Source of the DNA: Acanthaster planci
Lineage: Eukaryota
Assembly (NCBI RefSeq): GCF_001949145.1
Contig: NW_019091357.1
Coordinates: 4,054,228 to 4,118,227 of the forward strand
DNA: 64,000 bases
Direction: 5' to 3'
Part shown: positions 12,701-23,930 of the stretch, one piece after another
Layout of the letters: each line of letters opens with the position of its first letter
Position numbering within the stretch: the stretch's first letter is position 1
The notes under the pieces: generated by a model
Told to the model about the DNA's origin: nothing
Databases searched by the model: none
The model's input: only the letters and a program-made list of their open reading frames with translations
Position numbers and translations under genes: made by a program

Positions 12701-15700
12701 TCAGTAAATTAAAGTATTCCTAAACCCGACATTTATTTACTGAGAAAAATTAATTTGGGCTACCTTAGTCGAATTCCAACTGCACGCTCATTTCTCAGAA
12801 AGCTTACATGTCTCTCCTCCACAAAGAAACTCTGGGGTAAGGTATGCTCCTCTTCAAGCTCATTATCTTTTTGGTAACTCATCGTTTGTCGTATCGTTGA
12901 AGGGACCACAACGGGCGTTCACCGATGCACCTTGCAGCAATGGAAGACTATACAAACACGGTGGATGTTCTGCATACTGTTCACTGTCACTTGATCAACT
13001 GGAAGGATGACGACGAGGTGCAGGGTCTTTGGATTTTTACACTTTGCGCTTTCAATAGAGGCTTTGTGTGGTGGCCTTCTTGCGTTGTTTTGTTCCACAG
13101 GGAAACCTCCTTCGTGGATACCATATGCAACAAAGGCACTGGCCTGCAAGATCGCAGTTTTGCAAACCCTCTATAATGCCTGTAGATTTTAACCTGTAGA
13201 TTTTAATCTCATTCTTGAATAAAAATCAACCGTGGTAACAGTGTGATCCAGCCAAGTTACCTTTTGAAAGTCACTTAAATCAATCTACTTGTCACTTTTC
13301 AAGTGAATATGCAGCGTTGGGCTTGACTCACGGCTTGTTGACTGGCGATTGACGTGTTTAGCGCGATTTGATGAGATGTGTGGTTTTTCTTTTTATGTCC
13401 ACAGAACACAGCTCTGCATTTGGCAGCGATAGAAGGCAAGGTCAACGCAGTCGTCTTCCTGCTAAACCATGGCGCTGAAATCAAGAGGAACAAGAAAAAC
13501 CAGACCGTCATGGATGTCACCATTGAATCACAGAATAAGGACGTGGCATTGGCCATCACAGCCCATGAACGGTATCCACTTTTGAAAGATCCTGTCCGTT
13601 GCAGGAAAACGATCTGCTTTGTGACTGTCCCTATTCGTCCATGGTTGTAGAATGATTTAAAAACTTTCTGTATAATTTTTTGGAGATTTCTTTCTCAGGA
13701 AACATTTCCAGCGTTGTTTACCTACCTTTGGGAGGCCAAAGCACCCTACTCAAAGAGTGACATTTCAAATAACACGTTGTGTCATCTTTTGCATGAATTT
13801 GTTCGGCTTTTGGGGATAGTTTTCGAAAACCTTCTTAAGACTTACTAGTGCAGAGACGGTTTTCGGTCCTTTCTTCAAAGGTCGAACTTTTATCTTTTGC
13901 CTCTTGGAACCTGGCATTGATTTTGAATTTTCATTCGCCCTTAGGTGGCATGAGGTAATGATGCAGTCCTCCGACACCAGACCTCACATGTTAGGTCTCG
14001 TAGCACACATGCCCGAAGTAGCGTTGGTAAGTCTCGTCTCTACCCATCTCTAACGTGTTAATGCCGAAGTATGGCTATAAACACCAGGGACAAGAATTCG
14101 AAATGCTGTCTGCATGTGTGTGATGTTTAATACGGTAGGGCCTAATTTAACAGCAATAGGTCTAAAAACAATTAGCCTTGAAGGATTGGTCATGTTTGGG
14201 TGCGTTACGTTACAAAACTTCCATAAGAGCAAGTTTTTTCTTTGAATGACTACATGTATTTTCACCTGTCGCATTTCAGTCCGTGCTGGACCGCTGCGAG
14301 GAGGTGATTGATAACGGTCTTCGTCACTGTAAAGGGGTAAGAGGAATCCCTCTAATCTTGAAAGGTCTGTTTTTAGCATTATCGTACTTCAACCCCTGTC
14401 TTTAATCTTTATATGCAAAGTGCCGAATCTGGCAATCTGCAAAGCGCTGAGTGGCGGCTTTTACCATTTTGTTGTGGATTACGGGTCCACCCACTCTAAA
14501 GGAAACACGAGAAGAGCCATTAGGGGCAGTACACATTAAGCTGTAATGGGCCGAACGACCAATAATTTATCTTTTAACCTCCAGCACTATAATGTCAAGT
14601 GAAGTATCCAGCTCTTGGGAACAGACGGAATGAAACTCTGTTCCCGCCAACGGCTATCCAATTATTTTCCTCCACAAAGGAATCGGAAAGGTGGTGATGT
14701 CATTTCTAAAGTGCTATTGCTTTCGATTGCCTAAAAGTGCCACTGTACATGCCATTCGTTTATGTAATTATCAAAATGCTAGGCAGATCAAATGTGAAAT
14801 TCTGTCACATTTATTGTAATTTGTCTACCGTACGCGTCAGGCATCACTCGCCATGTACCTACAGTTTGAGTCCAAAAGCTGAAGGGTCATTTTATAAGGT
14901 TGTATATCTGAGTGAACACAGAGATTCAAAGTTAGATGCATATTTCTCTTTTTCGGAAAATTGTATACAATTTGGTTTGATGAACTTGTCAAAAGAATCA
15001 AGACTGATGTAGGTTGACATTGTTTACATGCAGCATCACACGTAATGGTACTGGGTTTGTTATCGTAAGTCAGTTTCCATTCTTGCCTGGTGTTCTTGCA
15101 GTACTCCTATGACTTCCGTTACCTTCAGTGCAGTGCGCAGTCGCAGCAGAATTTCTCTGATGAGAAGACGGCTTACGTGCCTCTACTGGTCTTGAATGTA
15201 AGTTCAAGCAGTTGTTATTGGGGACATTCTGTATTTTCGGGGAGATGGCACTATTAACACTTTTCTTGGAGAGCTATCCAAAGTGGATAGCATTGTTATT
15301 GTTTGTGTTTCTGTATTTTGCAGACTATGGTCAAGTTTAATCGCATCAAGCTCCTCTCACATCCTGTATGCGTGACCTTCTTGTCTATGAAATGGTAGGT
15401 TTTTGTTTGTTTCGTTTTTACTTAAGGAGCTTCAGTGTGAATAAGACACGGGCAAAGATAAATGTCGACGCTTTCTGCTGGACAAACAGGAATGCACCCC
15501 TTTAGATACAGAGAGTTGAATCTTTTGTAAACGTATTCAATTTTGTTCGGTTTCTTTTTAACGATTGGAAGTTGGTTTGGTTTGGTTATTTTACTCTTGT
15601 GGCCAGAGGCCAAATTACAGTAAAACTGTACAATTCATAACATTACATTAACGAATAAGTTACTAAAATGTTAACGAAAAAATTTAAACAGTTACAATCA

Positions 15701-18700
15701 ATTTAAATTGCACATTAAGGTGATGAACATTAACGACAAAATGTTAAAGGTACACCAAGGGGAATAAGTACATGTAAAATAAATGAAAGGCGAAGCACCA
15801 ACATTCTCTTTGTGGAAACCACTGACGTGATAAAAAGTACAGCAGTTAAACTGTCCACATTTGACTCCCGCTCCCAAGTAACCACGTCTACACTGTAAAA
15901 AGGTTGGTCAAATTGCGTCGATATTTTGCTCAATGTTGGTGTAAATATAAACTTCCCAACCTTGGGCAAATTCTTCCCAATCGTTGGTCAATGTTTGACC
16001 AACAGTGATGGAAATTAGTCAACAATGTGGTAACTTAAACCAAGGTTGGACAAATAACAAATTCCCAACACTGTTTGACCAACCTTTTTTACAATGTATA
16101 ATTGTCTCTAATTTCAACAGGAAGGCATATGGGCGCACCTATCACATGTTGAACATCCTTCTCTACCTGTTTTTCCTGGCGTTCTTGACGCTGCTCATAT
16201 GGCACAAAGTACCCTTACAGCTGTCCAAATCGATCCACGCCAACCTCTCGTGTGAGGCAACCTCGGCTGGGCATCAAGAGGTACAGATCCTGTTTTAATT
16301 GAAGATTAATATGGCTTACGAGGAAGACAAATGGTTTCTGCATTTACTCATCAAAGAGGAAGAAAATCCCCAATAAGCACGCGTTAATCTGCAATCATTG
16401 CATGGGTCAGGTTAATCTGCAATCATTGGGTCAGCGTACAGCCTGTTGAAAGTCTCATAACATTTTGAATTTCATTGATTAATCATGACGTACAGATACC
16501 ACTGATACACGAAGTTAGTAAATGGACTCTGGCGGTGTATGCGGGTCTCAGCATCTTAAAGGAAGTGGGACAGCTGGTACACCAGGTATTAAAGTTCTTT
16601 CATTTAGTGATGTCAAGGAATAGGCCACGAACCAGAACTGGAACCAACGTCAGTTACCTGTTCCGGGCAGGCTTATAGTGTACATTTTAATGGCTTTGCC
16701 AATAATACATGTACTGTTAGCGAGTTCAGTTTGGTAAAATACTTGTGCAATAAGCCTAATGGGCAGTCGGTGTCTTGTCTTTTACTTTTACACGTATTTC
16801 TTTTGTGAAATGGTCGTCATCCGTTTTGTCATAACACAGAGGCATAAGTACTTCTTGGAGGCCAACAATGCAATCGAATGTGTGCTGTACATCTCGACTC
16901 TGCTCTATGTCTGTCCGTTCTTCGTCGACATTCCCCGGTGCAATTTGTCGTGGCAGACGCCATTCGGTGCAATCGCTGTCTTTTTGGCTTGGTTTAATCT
17001 CCTTCTGTACCTCCAACGGTAAGATAAGATCATTACATGTTTCTGTATCTTGGAAATGCTCCTTCATATACAAGGAAGAATGTAATTCCAGTAAAGCCTA
17101 AGTTATTTGCAGGACTATATATTTTCATCTTAAAAACTACAAACGTTGAGCAGAATCACAGTTTCCTTTTCGCAAAGCACTCACAAAGGGTGCACTTTTA
17201 CCGCATATGGCACAAATTCCAAAACAAAACTCTGTATTCAGACAATTAGCATGAAACATTCTGTATAAGGGTGAAGGAAACTTCTTGTGAATTTTCTGGA
17301 AAAAACACCAGTTTCGAGGGTTAGTTGAGAATTCCTCATCTGCTGTGCTACGCTAATTTCTACCTTACAGAGATTGAAAATTAACAAGACAACGCACCCA
17401 ATCCGTAAGGCTAGTCCAATAACGGAAACATATATTGATGACCATTGAAATACCTATTTACGCCATGAGTATTTTACAGAATTGTAGGTGGAATAGGGCG
17501 ATAACCTTCCTCCGTTTTCTAATCATTTGCCTCAGGTTTGACATATTTGGCATTTATGTCGTCATGTTTCTGGAGATTCTACGAACCCTTGTCCAGGTTC
17601 TTTTCGTCTTCTCAATTCTCTTTATTGCGTTTGGCCTGGCGTTCTTCATGCTGCTGTCGCAAGAGGTGAAGATTCATTTTTATAATTCAATTCATGCCCC
17701 TTTCCTTCTCTTACCTTACTTTAAGGGACTTTAATTCTACGTATATAACCCATGCAGGTGAAATATACGTCTATCCGAAGAGCAATTTGACGCTGCACTA
17801 CCAAGCACAGGCGCGTACCAACGTGCACTAGCCCGTTTTTCCGAAGCTCACTTCCCCACACCTTTGTTTTTCAAATCCGCTCCAAGAGCATGTTTCAAAT
17901 CCCGTCTTCCAAAAGAACATATTGACGGGAAAGTATATTTCATCATAACACTATGCCTGCCCCTTTTAAGGTGCTTTTTACTGTGTTAGAAGTAGAACCC
18001 AATGTAAGTCTTTCGAAAGGCTAATAAGAGAACTATCAAGTGTATTGACCAGTGGACAGACTGATCTCTGATTTGAAATAACTCATTGAGGCAGCCTACA
18101 ACGGTTGTGCCTGGGCGCACCAATACAGGGAACATTCTGTGCTGTTTCCATAGGCAAGCAAAGCCCACGCCACGCCCATCATGTCCATGCTCCGGGTGTG
18201 CACCGCCTTGATGCTGGGCGAGTTGGACTACATCAACTCTTTCGTGGAGCCCTCGCTGGACTACGACCCGATCACAATGCCTCACCCGGAGATCACTTTC
18301 ATCTTCCTCTTCGCCTGCGTCTTGCTGCTTCCGGTTCTGCTGATGAACTTGCTGGTGGGTTGGAATAATTTAGTAGTTTGGTTTCCATACCTTAAAAGAA
18401 ACATAGAAAGTAAATGATGAAATAAATCTATTCCAACTCAAATAAACTATGGGAAAATAGAATGTCTTCCGCATTGACTGAGATGCCTGGATACCAGTTT
18501 TAAACCGGTATAGGTTTTATGTTGATACTAGGTAAATAAAGCTTTGTTCATTGTTAGCAACTCTAAGTCAAATCGAGCCGTCTTGCTCTGACAACTAAGA
18601 AATATAATTTTGTTTCTAGCCTAGCGGTCGATACAGAATACAAATTGCGTCTGTACTTACTTGATATCTTAATCTAAGAAACACACTCATTTAAACGAGA

Positions 18701-21004
18701 CACTGTTTTAGTCAAGCTTTTTCTTATTAACTTCAGTTTAGCAGAGGATATCACTGAAATTTCACCGGGGTGTGTTTGGAAAAAGGGTCCCAGCCAACGG
18801 TCAAATCAGCATCAAAACTTTGAATCTCGGGTTGTTCTCTTTTATGGCGTAAATTCGAAAGCAAAAACCGCATCTACGGTGACAGGCATTGGCTTATCAG
18901 CGAGTTTTGGCTTCGACACCGATCTGAAATTCATGCGTTGTTCTTGAAAGCATCGGATTGCCTGTGCGCCCGAAAATTCAAAAAGAAAATGACCCTCAGA
19001 CTTGTACGCTTCTTGCGGTTGCCATTTCTCTCCTCTGAATCCCAGATTGGTCTGGCTGTTGGCGACATCGCCGAGGTTCAGTACAATGCTCGCCTCAAGC
19101 GCCTGGCCATGCAGGTAGAGCTACACACGGAACTGGAACACAAGCTGCCAAAACGCATTCTGAAGTACGGAGAAAAGGACCATCTGACCGTCAGACCGCC
19201 CTGCAAGAAAAAGTTTCTGACCAGGGTGAGCCAATTGTCAGTATTTTCTGTAGTATGAAAGCGGCGCGGCTGTGAAATGGAAAAGCACAGAAGGAACATA
19301 GGGAAACGCTTAAATCCTCAATTTCAAATATGTAATAATAGATTCTAGCAGGCAGAGCAGGCAGAGTTTCAAGCGAATACATGAACCCTGAGCTAAACAC
19401 CAAATTGAAATAATGTTGAGAGTTCAGATCGGTTTATGTTGAGGATCTTTGAGGCCTTGGGGAGGACTAAAAATGCTGGTTCAAGTCCGTTTTCTGAATT
19501 CAACATCAAGTCAAATTTATCAAATTCCAATGTGGTGGTTAATATGCTTTGGGGCCATTGGTTTGTTTCCATCGGCTTCGGTCTTATCCACCCATTTGGT
19601 TTTAGTTGACTGACAGATTTTACTATGGCGTAGAAAACAGTTTGGTGATCCTTTCAGCCTGACTCTTTTTTGCTGAATCTTTTGCCGGTGAAGCTTTGGC
19701 TGAAGATTATGGAGTCGGCTGGCATGGAGGAGGGGATGCCAAAAGAGCGGTTGAGGACAGCAGCTGACGTGCACATCAACGTGGTTCACGGGGAACTTAT
19801 GAAACAGAAGCGAAGGTACGTGTGGTTGTCATTATTTTCAACTTTTATACCCTGTAGAAATATCGCTTTTATATGTTTCAGTTGAAAAGGGCATGTCATG
19901 TGTGACAACATAAGGGAAGTCCAAAAAGGGCTGGCTCGTTATTTCCACCAAATACAATTATATAGTGAACCCAAGAAGCTTAGACGGAGGGTAGGGATTT
20001 TTGTTTTGTTTTTGGTGTGAAAATATAAAGTTTCGTTTTTCACGCGATTGTGAAATATGAAAATGAGGACTGACATTAATACACAATGAGCCAGGTGGAG
20101 TTCAAACTGTGGGCACTGTGGGTGGAAAAAGAGAAAAGTGGGGGACATCTTAGAATAGAATATAGAAGACTCTCTGACAAGTGATAAACGATTCGTTTTA
20201 GGATGAAGGAAATAACCAGTCAATTAGACAAGCAGTATAACCTGCTTCGTCTCATCGTCCAGAAGATGGAGATTCGCTCGGAGGCGGATGACATGGACGA
20301 AGGAGAGCATCCGTCCGGTCGCAGGTGAGCCCATGAACTCAGACCTGTCGATTGCATTGTCCTGATCTGTGATCCTGGTATACTTTTGGAAATAGCTTAA
20401 TAATAGGATTTCGTGTTGACAGAGGGTCCAATTCAAGAAATTGGGATAGAATTCATACTTTTTAGAGCCATGTTATGGTCCCAAAGAATGCAAACGCGAA
20501 TTTTAATCTCCGTGTGTTCTGTGTCGAAATTTCTCCTCGGGAGAATTTTGTCTTCGTGAGTTCCTCCACGAGGACAAAATTGCTTGGCATTCTAGTAAAT
20601 TGTAATCCAGCATTTTACATATGAAAATTTGTTCGTATAACCAAAGATGTCCACAGAAGACAACAACTTATATAACGTCAATACACAGGAGACACACACT
20701 AAAGAGGGTATTAAAATCCATTTGGACAAGCATGCTCCGTGGCCAGTCAGGTGCAACTGGACACTCTCGCTGCAGTGCGTGTTTTCAAAGATACTCAACA
20801 AGAATAAAGGGAAAAGCTTTTAACTTTAACTTCAATTGGTGTTTCTGTTTATTATGAACCAGAGGCAGCACTATGGCTCAAATCGTCCGGCAGACCATGT
20901 CCCGCAACAGGTTTTGCAGCCGGAGGTACCGTGGTTTCGAAATGACGTCGACCCAGGGGAAAGATGCTGAAGGCCCGTACAAGGAAACAGTACAAGGAAA
21001 CTGA
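3784..21004 (+). CDS. TRPA1: Transient receptor potential ankyrin 1 channel, 26 coding exons, ~1169 aa
   Basis: Exons read by hand, all GT-AG and phase-consistent: 3784-3957, 4133-4289, 5444-5619, 6142-6249, 7269-7380, 7927-8069, 8439-8578, 9359-9407, 9526-9726, 10193-10362, 10848-11012, 12903-13017, 13405-13571, 13945-14026, 14280-14336, 15102-15197, 15324-15394, 16121-16280, 16496-16585, 16840-17018, 17536-17665, 18154-18354, 19046-19225, 19694-19815, 20202-20324, 20863-21004 (3510 nt incl. TGA). Long ankyrin array (GNTPLHVAV, GQTALHFGA, GCTPMHYAT, QSPLHFAARYGRFNTC). Linker YDFRYLQC and LLSHPVC..FLSMKW. TM region WFNLLLYLQRFDIFGIYVVMFLEILRT, pore LMLGELDY, S6/TRP-like LMNLLIGLAVGDIAEVQYNARLKRLAMQVELHT, C-terminal LLRLIVQKMEIRSEADDMDEG. 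First and last exons are the least certain. Confidence 0.95.
5208..5296. repeat. Two-copy ~45-bp tandem duplication in TRPA1 intron 2
   Basis: TAAGAAGATTTTACACCTAACTAGATTTAAAGTGTTGATTTTT occurs twice head-to-tail. Confidence 0.85.
15891..16096. mobile_element. MITE with CACTG-type terminal inverted repeats in TRPA1 intron 17
   Basis: CACTGTAAAAAGGTTGGTCAAA ... TTTGACCAACCTTTTTTACAATG, flanked by TA on both sides, with internal TTGGTCAA/TTGACCAA subrepeats. Confidence 0.7.
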
Positions 21005-22419
21005 AGGAGGGATATGCGGGTCCGACAAAGTCTGACTCGTACTATAGGTCAGTTATGACTACCTAGAGCTAGGATCTAGTCCAGAAATGTCAATTATTTC
21101 CCTGCACTGACTGAAATCCCGATTATCCGTATCACAAGAGCGTTTTCTGGCTCAGGCGCTCGTAGGTTTTTAGACACACGTGGGCAGAGGCTCAGGACAG
21201 GAGACTTTATTTCTGTGAAATTTAAGCAAGGAACTTGAATAAGGTAGTCTGTTTCCAGAATTCGCCGTAGATTAACAGAAAATAAAATGGTGAAGCGAGC
21301 TTTAGTTTGACTTGTATCGTGACTACCTTTGGCGAGGTTTATCATTCTCTTCTGATTTGTTTTTTGAAGATGGGATCGAGTATCTCTGTCAGTTTAGTTA
21401 CTCGTCTGGAAGCTCAGTTTTTTCCTAGTGGAAAGAATTCAGTTTGTATGGGTACTATGAATAGTACCCAGGCGTGTATTTTGGTTCATAGTGTGTATTA
21501 TGCGATGAGGTGTTATAAAACAAAATTGACTGCTTTATCTTTGGTAGAGTAGAACTAGTCTCCCTTGGCTTCGGCTAGAATGCTGTATGAATCACCTCAA
21601 GAGGCTAAGTTTACTACACCACTCGAAGCAGTAAAGATTTATTTACTAGCCACTGTAAACCTTTATGATTTGATCTTTACCATACATTGTTTTTGCAGTG
21701 TTGTGGCAAGTTTAATCTCTGTACAAAAGTACAATAATTACTTTTCTTTGGAGAGATTGGTTTCTCGTTAACCCGTCGGGAAAAGCCATCTGTGGGCCTA
21801 CCGCATGAATTGCAAGTATGTGATAGTAATATTTATTGCAGAAACATTTATTATGAGAACATTCCGTATTGAAAAGCGCCGAGACAGCACAAACAATAAC
21901 GAGGTTTATCCGTATAAGTGCATGACAGTATTCTCTGCTTAAATAAAGTAGGTTGTAGATATTTCTGTAAAGATTGTAATTTTAATGACATCTTTCGTGA
22001 ATATCGCTGTGCATACAGTAATTTTGAAATGATTTGAGAAGATTGGAGTATCAGTTTTGGACGTGAGATTTTATCATGAAATTTGCACAGTACCATTTGT
22101 CTTTGAACTGAGATATGTTTAAAATATGTCACAGCGTGTAGACCTCTGCGCTGATGACATCACCCGCTGCTTACGCGTGTGCTTTCTTATAGTTTTCAGT
22201 GGACCCTGGGCGTCCATACAAAAGTGTCCATGTAAACAAAGTGTGACGTCACCAGTACATAGGCCTATCAATAACGCCATTCATAATAAAGACATATACA
22301 TAATTATGTATTTTCAAAGAAGAATTGCTTGTAACAGTATTGGGTTTTCCTTAGACACATTTCTGAAACTATACTCCTCTGCAGTGTATGAGAATTGTTT
22401 GAAATATTTACTTTTATAC

Positions 22420-22497
22420 TAAATGCATTGAAAAATGTACTTTTTTAAGCATTTAAAATTGTCCCTCCTCTCCTTGACAAATGAGGGCGCTGTTGCT
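22420..22497 (-). repeat. Dispersed repeat fragment (AACAGCGCCCTCA family)
   Basis: Reverse complement resembles 45049-45125 (AACAGCGCCCTCACTCGTTAAGAAAAGGGAAAGACAATTTTAAATG) and 35479-35550. Confidence 0.55.
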
Positions 22498-23889
22498 GTG
22501 ATGTCATCCAGGGAAGACATAGTTAAGGAGCACGTCTAAGGAGAACAATGAATCACTAAAACAGAGAAATTGTAGGCCAGCAAAATCCATAAAAAGCAGG
22601 GTTTTTTGTGCACAAAACCAATGTAACATTGAGGATTTTTTCCTGATGATGACATCACAGTTTTGCTCATACTTGTGGAAATACCATTTGCATAAAAGCC
22701 AAAAAAGCTCCAAAATGGATACCTTTTAAAATAGTTGGGGAAATGGAAACCAGGGTTGACTAAGACACAATTAAGGTTCATTTTGGCGATTGGCTTTTTT
22801 TCATGGCAAGCTTCAGATTGACATGAATTTTATGGGGCATCGGCATAGTCGTAGCCAGACTTGACTGTTCATTTGGGATGTTGGACAAATTCAGGTGTGT
22901 GGAAATTGTACAGATATTGGCCTTATGCAACTGAATTACTGGGCAAACACGGCCTCTTCGCTTGGTCTTTGTTCTTGGTGTAATCTTGTAATTATTTCTC
23001 ATTATATAATATAGAGTGAGTAAGAGTACATACGATTCCAATTCTGCTCTTCTGACGGCGTCTATCTACCCTAAGTCAATCGGATTGTCGAGAAGTCAGA
23101 ATTAACCAATCAAGCTTTTTTCCCCATTAGATACTGCCCGAATAACGTAAAATTCATAAAATTGCACCACACCCATTTTTCAATTAAGAATCGCTGAAAA
23201 ACATTAGGGATTCAGGCTATTAAATTAAATCACGTTTTAAATCAAAATTAATTCATCCTTTTGTTCAAAGTTATTGACCACTTGCCTTATTAAAATTGAG
23301 AAATGTATTCAACTATTATTTAGAAAATGATAATAAAAAATAGGTTATTATGCAATTAACTTTGGTTTGTTTTCTTGTAAACGTATAATTTTCCACTTGC
23401 TCTGTTAAGTTTACTGTTATTTTTGAAAATGACCCATTATCGCAATTGATATTAATTTCAGGACTCTTTCAAGAAATATATTTTAATCATTAAGACTAGG
23501 AAATGTTTGATTTTAAGCAGGTTGGCGCGAGCTTGTATGCTTACAGGGGTTTCAGTTGTTCGTAGTAAAGTCGCAGGGATTTTACAAGACGAGGAGCACC
23601 TTTAGAGCTAAACTGAGAATATGCCTAACTTTCAGAAGTTCCTAAAAGTTAAGCATGTTCTCTGTTTGGCTCAACATTTGACCACTTACACGTACCTACT
23701 TTTCAGCATTTAACTCTGAGATAAGGCAGAGACTATAGTCGTTGATTTCCTGTCACATTTTAAATAGAACAGATGGACCCATTTTGACTGGCGATTATAA
23801 AGTCTTGGAGCTATAGATAATATTATTAGGGGGACCAACCGTTACGGATGAATCCAAGGTTTCGAGAATGTTCACTTAATAGATTCTTG

Positions 23890-23930
23890 TCAAAAGGGGG
23901 CGCCCTCTTCGTGCGATCAAAGATGGCAGC
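23890..23930 (+). promoter_or_regulatory. Candidate TMEM65 proximal promoter / start context
   Basis: AAGGGGGCGCCCTCT element just upstream of AAGATGGCA, a YY1-like AAGATGGC motif overlapping the ATG. CpG-retaining stretch ahead of a CpG-poor gene body. Confidence 0.4.

Noticed and set aside
13572..13944. Donor GTATCC suggesting a U12-type intron in TRPA1
   Set aside because: It continues AC rather than TT, and no TCCTTAAC-like branch site is seen upstream of the acceptor. Treated as U2.
14585..14593. Possible 9-nt TRPA1 micro-exon (CAC TAT AAT) after a ccag acceptor
   Set aside because: Poor donor (gtcaag), and it is unnecessary because extending exon 15 to 14336 supplies the expected length.
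23848..23922. Upstream in-frame ATG for TMEM65
   Set aside because: The ATG at 23923 has the better context (AAGATGG) and starts the presequence-like segment. The upstream stretch overlaps promoter-like motifs.
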